Assembly (NCBI GenBank): GCA_947383005.1
Contig: CANDBT010000017.1
Location: 6,705-70,704 of the forward strand
DNA length: 64,000 nt
DNA from: an uncultured bacterium
GTDB lineage: Bacteria; Bacillota; Clostridia; Lachnospirales; Lachnospiraceae
Direction: 5' to 3'
Shown here: positions 9,761 to 17,743 of the stretch, one piece after another
Layout of the letters: each line of letters starts with the position of its first letter
Numbering within the stretch: the first letter of the stretch is position 1
Position numbers and translations under genes: made by a program
Notes under the pieces: generated by a model
Database searches by the model: none
Seen by the model: only the letters and a program-made list of their open reading frames with translations
What the model was told of the DNA's origin: nothing

Positions 9761-9977
9761 TTGTATGTTGTACAACGGAAAAGAGGAAAGCCTCAATTTT
9801 ATATCAAATTCCCTATCGGATGGTCATTCCCGGTTTTTGCCTGGCATAGACAGGCAAAAATACTCATTGGGATTGTAACTTTTAAGTTACGGTGAGTGGT
9901 GTTTTTTTTGCGCGTATATTGAAAATACAGGGGAAATATGTTATATTTAAGAGCAGAAAAACTGCTTTTTTTTATTT

Positions 9978-10006
9978 TTGTAACAGAATTACCGCAATGC
10001 TATACT
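9978..10006 (+). promoter_or_regulatory. Sigma-A-type promoter TTGTAA-N17-TATACT upstream of the adhesin gene
   Basis: Hexamers and spacing were read directly. It follows a short hairpin plus T8 tract (9951..9975). Confidence 0.4.
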
Positions 10007-10086
10007 AGCCCATGATTAATCAGCATAGTGATTAGCTGTGGACGGTGATATCAAAATAAACATTAACCAGGGAAAGGAGAGAGAAG

Positions 10087-13000
10087 ATGAATGTTGAAAA
10101 GAAGGGGAAACGTTTCTTTATCACGATCATGATGGTATTGATGTTTATTTTAACTGTGGGAACGATTATTTTTGCAGAGGAAGGCGGAGGTTCCTATAGT
10201 TTTACGATTCAGAAGCTGATTGCCAACAAAGACGGTATCCCTGAAGATGTTCTCAAAAAAGCGCAAAATAAAGATTATATATTTAGGGTGGAAGGCATTA
10301 CCCGTGACAGAGATGGCAAAAAAACACCCGTGGAAAGAAAAGTGAAGATCACAGGCGAAGGGACGATAACTGTCGGTTTTGACGGCCCAACGGAAATTAC
10401 AGCCATAGAATTGACAGACAGCGGATCGATTGTAAGCGATGGTACGGAATGGAATGTGAGCAATATCCAGCATGAAAGCAATATGTTTGTACCAGGGCGG
10501 GCTTCCACAATAAGTATCAGCAGGGACAACGGTCAGATTAAGATTGAACGGCCGCTAAAAGAACAAGAGATACAGGCAGATACATACTTCCGGATTACGG
10601 GAAAAGCTTTTAAAAGCGAAAATATCATTTATGAGAACGGCCCGTTGAAAATCGGACCCGGTGAAGAGGTAATACTGAAAAATCTTAAACGGGGCGAGTA
10701 TACTGTCGAAGAAGTGAAATCGGAAGGCTTTTCGGTTATTGCCGGCCCGCGGACGGCGGAGATTGCTGGCGGACAGAAAGGCGAGGTCTATATTAACGGT
10801 GAGTCCGGGAAACTGACGATTACGGCGCCCGGCGCTTTGGGAGGCCCGGAAAAATATTATTATGTTGTGGAGCGGGATGACAAGGAATATGAAAGAGATA
10901 TCGTGGTCAATGCCGGCGAGTCCTATAAGATGGAACATTTGCCCAAGGGCAAGTATAGTGTGAAGGAATATCTTTACAGCGGCAATCAGGAATATACAGT
11001 GACGGTGCCGCAGACAACATATAAAGATGAGAAACTTGTAATTGTCAGGTATGCAAGCGGTACAAAGAAAAACGTAGATCAATATGTTAAGTATTACACC
11101 ATTCCGAAGACCGTTAAATATGCCAAGTTAAAAGTCGAACTGCCTTATTTTACCGATGGTTCTATCCCACGTGGTACGGAGGGTAAAGTTTATGTTGGAG
11201 GATATTTTGCCGGTGAACCAACAATTAATAAAGGATGGGGGTTTACAAGGACGGTTGGAACGTCTGCCGGTTGGATGGTGGAAAAGTATAATATGCTTCC
11301 AGGCAGCCCTGTTTCGGTAAAATTCCGGTCTCAAGATCCGGTTGTGGACGGTGCCAGGGTAACATTGCGCATGTATACGGAGAGAATTAAAGAGTCCGGT
11401 TGGAAAGATATAACAGAACAATGCTCGCAAACGGTGGACGGGCGCGGATGGATGACGATAAGCAAACCGCAGGACAGCGATGTTGCCGCGGGAGAGGTGG
11501 TTTATTATTTTACGGTAACGGATAAGGACGGCAATCCAATTACGGGATATACGGTTACGGATGCAAACGGCGGGCAGCTTTCCGGAAACGCCGTCACAGA
11601 CAAGGAAGGGACTTCGGTAATGCTCAAAGCCGGGCAGACCGTAACAATTAACGGTCTTGCAGAAGGGACTTATGATGTGAAGGAAACGATCCGTAAGGAC
11701 ACGCCGGCGGGTTTCCGGATAGTTGTGGAGGATGACGAGAAAGACGTAACATCGGCAAAGGGTTCTTTCGAGGTTAATGTTTTAGGGGAGCGGAATCTGG
11801 TTATCAATAAATGGAAATCAGACAACGATGATACGGAGCGGATTTATACATTTGCCGTATACAAGGAAAATGAAGATAACCTGATTAAAAAGGTATCCCT
11901 CAAGGCAGGGGAAAGTAATCAGGAGATTATGCTCGAGACGGGTAAATATATCGTGAAAGCAATAGATGACCAGGACGATGGTTTTTCCCTGACTTTCCGC
12001 GACAGCAGTACCGTGCAAATAACTTCCACTTCATCGGCAAGCGTAGTATTTTCGAATACGCTTACAAAAGTGGAGGGTTCTTACCATATTATCCATGAAT
12101 ATTATTTTAAAAACGCGGACGGCACATACGATTACGAAGGAGCCAGCGAGGTTAATACGATTTATGGGAAACCAGATGACGGCGAGGAGTATTTCTATCA
12201 AGATGTTGCTCTGATGCCGATGTATGGGGGCAGGGAATATAAACCCATGCAGCATGGCTATGGTATGGTGCAGAAAGAAGGAGAGGAAACGGCCGTTTTC
12301 GCCAGGCTGTCGACACCCAGCAACGCTTCGCCCGCCAATAGCCAAAGGCAGGACGGCCGGCAGGAAAAAGCATCTCCCAGCAATGTTTCCCTGTTTGACA
12401 GGTTGCTCCGTTTTTCCGGAGGACAGCAGGAAACGGCGACGCCAGGGAATGCCGTATCGTCACATCAGACGGTCCGTACTTTCGATGAAGACGAAATTCT
12501 TGATGAAGATGAGCTTCTTGATGAAGACGAGATTCTCGATGAGGATGAGCTTTTTGAGAGACGCAGCCGTGAGAAGGCAGATGATTTATTGGCGAACGCG
12601 GTAATTTCCGGCAATGGAAAGATGGCGACGGATAAGGATACAGGAATCGTGGTTGGAAATACCGCGGAAGATGTAGAGAAAAATTCGTATACATACCAGG
12701 CAGATGAGGACATGGATCATGTGGTTATGACCGAGAACGGCGAGCAAATCATCATCATGCGCTATTATCGGGAACGTCAGCCGGAAGGCGGGGCTTACAA
12801 GGTCATCCATGTATATTATTTCCGGGGCCAGGACGGCGACCGCTGGGAGGGTTCCAGTGAGCTGGATACGATCACCGTTAATCCGCTGACTCTGGATGAG
12901 AAGAAAAAGCCGCACATGGCAGATGAGATTGATAAAATTTATAATCCTCAGAATTTTAGCGTTGACGGGAAAAAATATCAGTATACTTATGATTATGCGG

Positions 13001-14055
13001 TCTATGGCAAAGTGGAGAAAAGCGGCAGCCAAGGCAATTATACCGGCGAAGGAAATGCCGGAAACGGATGGGTTTATAAAGCGGATACGAAAATGAAAGC
13101 GGCTTACGCAACGGAGGACGGCGACCAGATTATCATTCTGCGTTATTACCGGGGAGTGACGCCGGACGAGGCTTCTTACAATGTTGTCCATGAATATTAT
13201 TATCGGGAAAAGGGCGAGGTTGTTGGCGATGAGCAAGTTGATTCCGACGATGGGGCGGGTTCTTCCGCAGGCGGAAGCATTCCTCTTTTGCTGAATGATA
13301 ATGCTCCGGATGACGGGGGTGTACTTTCAGACAGTGTTGACGGCGAAGAATCGTTTGACGGCACGCTGACGGAAAATGACGACTATGTATACACTTTTGA
13401 GGGAATGACGGATATTGAAAATATTCCCGCTCCTAAAGAAAATCACTATACAAAAGAAAATGTCGAGGAAAAGAAAACCCATGTCCCCGAAGGTAGCGAT
13501 AAAACTTATTCATATACGTATTATGATGTCGGGTATGGACGTAAGGAAGGGGACGGATATGTGTGCATTAAGGATAAACAGTGGGCGGCTGCATTAGAGA
13601 GCGGCGAAGAAATCATTATCCTGCGCTATATCCGTGAAGAAAATCCGAATGATAACCCGCCTGAACCGGATAAACCTCATCGTCCGGGAGGCGGCGGCGG
13701 AGGCGGAAAGGATCCCGGCCCTACACCGAATCCCTCCCCAACCCCTGATCCGACGCCGGAACCACCTGCCGAACCGGAAACACCTTCTCCTGGCCTTCCG
13801 GACCCCAATGATCCGACCAGCCCGGAACGGATAACGGTAGTGGAAAACGGTGTACCTAAGACTTATCTCAAGGTATGGAATCCGGAAACACAGGAATTTG
13901 TCTATATGCTGGAGGATGAAGTGCCGCTTGCCTGGATGAATCAGCTTCCCAAGACCGGCGAAGAGGGCAACCGGTTGCTGTGGATGATATTGATGGCTGT
14001 TTCGTTAGGCGGGGGGATTGTTGCGGAATATCCTTATTTCCATAAAAAGGAATAG
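10087..14055 (+). CDS. LPXTG-anchored giant surface protein (putative adhesin), 1,322 aa
   Basis: Signal peptide/TM KRFFITIMMVLMFILTVGTIIFA. Several G-x-Y-x-V-x-E beta-sandwich signatures (RGEYTVEEV, KGKYSVKEY, EGTYDVKETI, TGKYIVKAI) typical of SpaA/Cna-B-like folds. Pro-rich stalk. LPKTG (nt 13945..13959) followed by a hydrophobic segment and HKKE tail. Confidence 0.88.
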   Translation: MNVEKKGKRFFITIMMVLMFILTVGTIIFAEEGGGSYSFTIQKLIANKDGIPEDVLKKAQNKDYIFRVEGITRDRDGKKTPVERKVKITGEGTITVGFDGPTEITAIELTDSGSIVSDGTEWNVSNIQHESNMFVPGRASTISISRDNGQIKIERPLKEQEIQADTYFRITGKAFKSENIIYENGPLKIGPGEEVILKNLKRGEYTVEEVKSEGFSVIAGPRTAEIAGGQKGEVYINGESGKLTITAPGALGGPEKYYYVVERDDKEYERDIVVNAGESYKMEHLPKGKYSVKEYLYSGNQEYTVTVPQTTYKDEKLVIVRYASGTKKNVDQYVKYYTIPKTVKYAKLKVELPYFTDGSIPRGTEGKVYVGGYFAGEPTINKGWGFTRTVGTSAGWMVEKYNMLPGSPVSVKFRSQDPVVDGARVTLRMYTERIKESGWKDITEQCSQTVDGRGWMTISKPQDSDVAAGEVVYYFTVTDKDGNPITGYTVTDANGGQLSGNAVTDKEGTSVMLKAGQTVTINGLAEGTYDVKETIRKDTPAGFRIVVEDDEKDVTSAKGSFEVNVLGERNLVINKWKSDNDDTERIYTFAVYKENEDNLIKKVSLKAGESNQEIMLETGKYIVKAIDDQDDGFSLTFRDSSTVQITSTSSASVVFSNTLTKVEGSYHIIHEYYFKNADGTYDYEGASEVNTIYGKPDDGEEYFYQDVALMPMYGGREYKPMQHGYGMVQKEGEETAVFARLSTPSNASPANSQRQDGRQEKASPSNVSLFDRLLRFSGGQQETATPGNAVSSHQTVRTFDEDEILDEDELLDEDEILDEDELFERRSREKADDLLANAVISGNGKMATDKDTGIVVGNTAEDVEKNSYTYQADEDMDHVVMTENGEQIIIMRYYRERQPEGGAYKVIHVYYFRGQDGDRWEGSSELDTITVNPLTLDEKKKPHMADEIDKIYNPQNFSVDGKKYQYTYDYAVYGKVEKSGSQGNYTGEGNAGNGWVYKADTKMKAAYATEDGDQIIILRYYRGVTPDEASYNVVHEYYYREKGEVVGDEQVDSDDGAGSSAGGSIPLLLNDNAPDDGGVLSDSVDGEESFDGTLTENDDYVYTFEGMTDIENIPAPKENHYTKENVEEKKTHVPEGSDKTYSYTYYDVGYGRKEGDGYVCIKDKQWAAALESGEEIIILRYIREENPNDNPPEPDKPHRPGGGGGGGKDPGPTPNPSPTPDPTPEPPAEPETPSPGLPDPNDPTSPERITVVENGVPKTYLKVWNPETQEFVYMLEDEVPLAWMNQLPKTGEEGNRLLWMILMAVSLGGGIVAEYPYFHKKE

Positions 14056-14127
14056 TTATTGGCCTGATTGGCCATAGGCAAATACCTGCCATATATTGTA
14101 GAAATGCTGAATTTTGCAACGGTTTCA

Positions 14128-14277
14128 GTTACGTTCACAGGGCGCATCTTCTTGTCCGGCTATGCCGAACAAGAAGCATCGGGCGTTCGCCCAATGGGGA
14201 AAGCCGGATAAAAATAGTCTTACAAGCAAACTTGACGCCTGTTTTCATCCGGTTTTCCCCGCCCCGTGGACGGTAAC
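14128..14277. repeat. 150-bp structured element, family Y, copy 1 (imperfect terminal inverted repeats GTTACGTTCACAGGGCG / CGCCCCGTGGACGGTAAC)
   Basis: About 85% identical by eye to 22192..22345. Internal hairpins CTTCTTGTCCGG/CCGAACAAGAAG and GGGGAAAGCCGGATAAAAA/TTTTCATCCGGTTTTCCCC. Confidence 0.75.
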
Positions 14278-14307
14278 CTGCATTATTGAAAAAAATGAAA
14301 AAAGGGC

Positions 14308-14336
14308 TTGACCAAAAGAAACTTTTCATATATAAT
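14308..14336 (+). promoter_or_regulatory. Sigma-A-type promoter TTGACC-N17-TATAAT for tRNA-Gln
   Basis: Read directly. The -10 ends 17 nt before the tRNA 5' end. Confidence 0.55.
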
Positions 14337-14353
14337 AATAGTCGTTGCAGCAA

Positions 14354-14425
14354 TGGGCTATCGCCAAACGGTAAGGCAACGGACTCTGACTCCGTCAGTT
14401 CAAGGTTCGAATCCTTGTAGCCCAG
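14354..14425 (+). tRNA. tRNA-Gln (anticodon CTG)
   Basis: Manual cloverleaf: acceptor TGGGCTA/TAGCCCA, D arm GCC-AAACGGTAA-GGC, anticodon stem ACGGA/TCCGT with loop CT-CTG-AC, T arm CAAGG-TTCGAAT-CCTTG, discriminator G. CCA is not encoded. Confidence 0.85.
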
Positions 14426-14433
14426 CGAAGAAA

Positions 14434-14477
14434 AGAGCGTTAAAATCGGATTTTATCGGATTTTGACGCTCTTTTTG
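14434..14477 (+). terminator. Rho-independent terminator after tRNA-Gln
   Basis: 14-bp stem AGAGCGTTAAAATC/GATTTTGACGCTCT followed by TTTTT. Confidence 0.75.
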
Positions 14478-14529
14478 TTATTCAAAAAATATGTGGGAAA
14501 ATGGAAAAAATTGCTATTTTTTCTTAGTC

Positions 14530-14557
14530 TTTACAAATTTCAATTCTGTGGTATAAT
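14530..14557 (+). promoter_or_regulatory. Candidate promoter TTTACA-N16-TATAAT (TGg extended -10) in the AT-rich spacer upstream of murA
   Basis: Read directly. About 215 nt upstream of the murA start. Confidence 0.4.
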
Positions 14558-14774
14558 CATTAAGAAGATTAAATGAATTTTTAATGATTTTGTAAAACTT
14601 TGTCAAGATTTGCGAGTTTATCTTGCTGGTTACGTTTATGATGTTTATGGCGTTTACCCTGTTGCTATACTGGCTGTGAGAAAATGTCAGGCGTGCCAAG
14701 TAGCCAAAAAAGATGGTTGGAGTAAGAGATTAAAGGGAAAGATATTCTGATTAAGAAACAGATAGAGGGATGAA

Positions 14775-16067
14775 ATGAATCAATATATCATGAAAGGTGG
14801 CAATCCGTTGGTTGGCGAAGTACAAATCAGCGGGGCGAAGAATGCTGCATTGGGGATTCTTGCGGCTTCTATTATGACGGATGAAAATGTAGTGATAGAG
14901 AATTTGCCAAATGTCAGAGATATCAATGTGATGTTGGAGGCTATTCAGGAGATTGGCGCTCAGGTGGAGCATATAGATAGCCATACGGTTCGGATCAATG
15001 GTTCTACGGTCCATGAAGTTTCTGTAGATGATGATTATATTCGTAAGATTCGTGCGTCCTATTATTTTATCGGGGCGTTGTTGGGGAAATACAAGAGTGC
15101 GGAAGTTCCTTTGCCGGGAGGCTGCAATATCGGCAGCAGGCCCATTGACCAGCATTTGAAGGGGTTTCGGGCACTTGGCGCAAAGCTGGAGATCGAGCGG
15201 GGGGCGGTTCTGGCCCATGCGATTGATCTGGTAGGAGGGCATATTTATCTGGATGTGGTGTCGGTGGGTGCGACGATCAATATTATGATGGCGGCAGCGC
15301 TGGCGGAAGGGCAGACGATTTTGGAAAATGCTGCCAAAGAGCCTCATGTAGTTGATGTGGCTAATTTCCTCAACAGTATGGGCGCCAATATCAAAGGGGC
15401 AGGGACGGATATCATCCGTATTCGTGGTGTGCGGAAATTCCACGGGACGGAGTATTCCGTTATTCCGGATCAGATTGAAGCCGGTACGTTTATGTGTGCG
15501 GCAGCCGTTACCCGGGGGGATATTACGGTGAAAAATGTGATTCCCAAGCACTTGGAGGCGATTTCTGCCAAACTTTTGGAGATTGGCTGTGAAGTGATAG
15601 AGGGAGATGATGAGGTACGTGTAGTAGGTAAGCCCCGGCAGCACTCCACCAATATTAAAACGCTGCCGTATCCGGGGTTCCCTACGGACATGCAGCCGCA
15701 GATGGCGGTAACGTTGGCGCTTACGGACGGAACCAGCATGATTACCGAGAGTATTTTTGAGAATCGTTTTAAATATGTAGATGAGCTGGCCCGGATGGGC
15801 AGCAATATCAAGGTAGAGGGGAATGTGGCGGTTATCAATGGCGTCAGAGGCTTTACCGGCGCTATGGTGGAGTCTCCTGATTTGCGGGCTGGTGCGGCGC
15901 TGGTGCTGGCAGGCCTGGCCGCGGAAGGTTTTACCGTAGTAGACGAAATCGGCTATATCCAGCGGGGATATGAGACATTTGAGGAGAAACTGCAGAAGCT
16001 GGGAGCGGTTATTGAAATGGTGGATTCGGAAAAGAAAGCCAATAAATTCCGGCTGAAGGTTGGTTAA
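14775..16067 (+). CDS. murA: UDP-N-acetylglucosamine 1-carboxyvinyltransferase
   Basis: N-terminus GGNPLVGEVQISGAKNAALGILAAS, GGCNIGSRPIDQHL (active-site Cys loop), FPTDMQPQ, DLRAGAALVLAGLAAEG. Confidence 0.92.
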   Translation: MNQYIMKGGNPLVGEVQISGAKNAALGILAASIMTDENVVIENLPNVRDINVMLEAIQEIGAQVEHIDSHTVRINGSTVHEVSVDDDYIRKIRASYYFIGALLGKYKSAEVPLPGGCNIGSRPIDQHLKGFRALGAKLEIERGAVLAHAIDLVGGHIYLDVVSVGATINIMMAAALAEGQTILENAAKEPHVVDVANFLNSMGANIKGAGTDIIRIRGVRKFHGTEYSVIPDQIEAGTFMCAAAVTRGDITVKNVIPKHLEAISAKLLEIGCEVIEGDDEVRVVGKPRQHSTNIKTLPYPGFPTDMQPQMAVTLALTDGTSMITESIFENRFKYVDELARMGSNIKVEGNVAVINGVRGFTGAMVESPDLRAGAALVLAGLAAEGFTVVDEIGYIQRGYETFEEKLQKLGAVIEMVDSEKKANKFRLKVG

Positions 16068-16278
16068 GGTAAGGGTTTTGTAGGATTTTTGACTGGTATT
16101 TGTTAGTTATTTTTCACAGTTTGTACATTTTTTTCCTGTATCATTACATTTATCGATGGTATTTGTATTATTATTCGGTAAGGATAAGCTTGTATCCTGC
16201 AAGCTCTGTTGTACATAAGTATAACTTTTTAAATGGTATGAGCGCGCTTTTTGGCAAGAGAGGCGGGAGCGCTTAACA

Positions 16279-16315
16279 TGTACTCAGGTTTTTTGCGCCT
16301 GATTTTGTGAGTACA
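16279..16315 (+). mobile_element. 37-bp internally deleted remnant of the TGTACTC MITE (both termini retained)
   Basis: TGTACTCaggtttTTTGCGCCTGATTTTGTGAGTACA matches the left end of copies B/C and stops at a GAGTACA terminus. It abuts the target duplication of copy A. Confidence 0.5.
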
Positions 16316-16321
16316 TCAAAA

Positions 16322-16482
16322 TGTACGCTCGGAATCTCTCCTGCACCTGCCTTTGTGGCTGATTTTCCGTCATATGCACCTAAATTTAATCAACGTACGT
16401 TCCGCGTACGCCTCATAAATTTATGCACATCCGACAAAAAATCTTCTCACAAATTCAGGCACAGAGAGACTCCGAGAGTACG
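16322..16482 (-). mobile_element. Foldback MITE, copy A (161 bp), inverted relative to copies B/C
   Basis: Termini TGTACGCTCGGAATCTCTCC ... GAGAGACTCCGAGAGTACG. Flanked by a perfect 6-bp direct repeat TCAAAA (16316..16321 and 16483..16488). Ends 25 nt before the start codon of the next gene. Confidence 0.8.
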
Positions 16483-16507
16483 TCAAAAGGTAAAGGAGGA
16501 AGGTCAG

Positions 16508-17545
16508 ATGAAATTATGGAAGAAGGGATTGTCAGCAGTTTTAGGCGTTGGTTTGCTGGCTACGGTTTTTGCCGGTAGTGCATGGGCAGCAGAGGAGAGG
16601 ACAAAGATTACTAATATCAGTTTATCCGTAAGCTCTTCTATCGAAGCCGGTGATGATAACAACAATGTATCGGTGACATCGAATGACAAGGAAGGTTACA
16701 TGGTGTCGGAGGTTACGGTGGTCAACGATGAGGGAGAATGGCTCAGCGGCGATGTGCCCAGGGTAGAGGTGACGTTGGAGGCGGATGATGATTATTATTT
16801 CGGCGCCATGAGTAAAAGCAAGGTAAAGATAAAAGGGGATGCTACTTATGTGACTTCCCACCGCAGCGAGAAAAATTCCACCTTGGTGATGACGATTAAG
16901 CTGGATGCGCTGGAAGGCAGCCTGGAGATCGAGGGTGTAGAGTGGGAGAACGGACAGTATCCCGTTGCAATATGGGATTATGCGGACGGAGCCAAAAGTT
17001 ATCAGATCCGTTTATACAGGGAGAGCAGTTCTGTAGGATCTGCCCAGACCGTTACGGGACAAAGTTACAATTTCAGCAGCAGTATTACCCGGACCGGCGA
17101 ATATTATTTTAAGATCCGTGCCGTTGACAGCAATTCTAAAAAAGGCGATTGGTATGAATCCGATCCTCTTTATGTAGATGATGAGAAACTGGCCGAGATT
17201 CAGAGAGGCGGTTATTCGGGAACTACCCCTGGGAACAATTCCGGGAATAATACGACACCGACCAATTCACCGGGGGCTACCCAAGGCGCATGGCAGAAAG
17301 ACAACGTCGGCTGGTGGTACAGATATAGCAATGGCACTTATCCTACGAATTCCTGGCAGCAGATCAATGGATCATGGTATTGTTTCGATGCATCCGGTTA
17401 TATGCGGACAGGATGGATACCAACCGCAGACGGAAAATGGTATTATTGCGATACGAGGGAAGGCAGCGGATTGGGTGCAATGCTGACCAATACGACAACA
17501 CCTGACGGGCTGCGTGTAGACGGCAATGGAGTTTGGGTTCCCTAA
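16508..17545 (+). CDS. Secreted protein with N-terminal beta-rich (FN3/Ig-like) domains and C-terminal cell-wall-binding repeats
   Basis: Signal peptide MKLWKKGLSAVLGVGLLATVFAGSAWA. C-terminal GWWYRYSNGTYPTNSWQQINGSWYCFDASGYMRTGWIPTADGKWYYCD repeats. RBS AAAGGAGGAAGG. The longer tracked ORF start (16307) reads through the MITE and is rejected. Confidence 0.75.
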   Translation: MKLWKKGLSAVLGVGLLATVFAGSAWAAEERTKITNISLSVSSSIEAGDDNNNVSVTSNDKEGYMVSEVTVVNDEGEWLSGDVPRVEVTLEADDDYYFGAMSKSKVKIKGDATYVTSHRSEKNSTLVMTIKLDALEGSLEIEGVEWENGQYPVAIWDYADGAKSYQIRLYRESSSVGSAQTVTGQSYNFSSSITRTGEYYFKIRAVDSNSKKGDWYESDPLYVDDEKLAEIQRGGYSGTTPGNNSGNNTTPTNSPGATQGAWQKDNVGWWYRYSNGTYPTNSWQQINGSWYCFDASGYMRTGWIPTADGKWYYCDTREGSGLGAMLTNTTTPDGLRVDGNGVWVP

Positions 17546-17568
17546 GCGGAAGATATATCGGAAAATGG

Positions 17569-17595
17569 CGGAGAAGAGAAATCTTCTCCGTTTTT
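17569..17595 (+). terminator. Rho-independent terminator
   Basis: CGGAGAAG-agaaat-CTTCTCCG followed by TTTTT. Confidence 0.7.
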
Positions 17596-17597
17596 GT

Positions 17598-17666
17598 ATG
17601 CACAGGCCCGCGTATGGAAGTTTGCTGCTGACGCAGCACGCGGGCCGCGCGGGGAGCAGGGAAAGG
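17598..17666 (+). repeat. REP-like unit, family X, copy 2
   Basis: ATGCACAGGCCCGCGTATGGAAGTTTGCTGCTGACGCAGCACGCGGGCCGCGCGG is identical over about 55 nt to copy 1a. The second hairpin is degenerate. Confidence 0.8.
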
Positions 17667-17743
17667 GTTGACAAAAAGTGGTCTATTGTGATAAACTTAC
17701 AGCAAGGACTATTATAATAGACCTAAAACGGAGGGAGGCAAAG

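Noticed and set aside
9603-10086. c-di-GMP riboswitch (GEMM-I/II) upstream of the LPXTG adhesin, as seen for some clostridial adhesins.
   Set aside because: I could not find the conserved ACGCAAAGC / GCAAACC-type motifs. The leader from the predicted promoter is only about 80 nt long.
14114-14353. ORFs 14114..14311 (+) and 14135..14353 (-) between the adhesin gene and tRNA-Gln.
   Set aside because: Both are translations of the Y-family repeat, whose second copy at 22192 gives the equivalent ORF 22009..22206. The - strand ORF also runs across the tRNA promoter.
14751-15644. 297-aa ORF on the - strand, antisense to murA. Similar long antisense ORFs occur at 25485..26210, 28033..28752, 46333..47037, 51417..52136, 57359..57925, 60300..60884 and 61882..62745.
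   Set aside because: Each lies entirely inside a gene with clear family motifs on the other strand. Their composition is His/Arg/Pro/Ile-rich shadow-frame sequence, and they have no RBS. They are typical shadow ORFs.
16307-16507. N-terminal 67-aa extension of tracked ORF 16307..17545 ([36 protein letters not shown]...).
   Set aside because: The extension is a read-through of MITE copy A. The same 'peptide' appears wherever the element occurs. The true start is the ATG at 16508, which has a strong RBS and a signal peptide.
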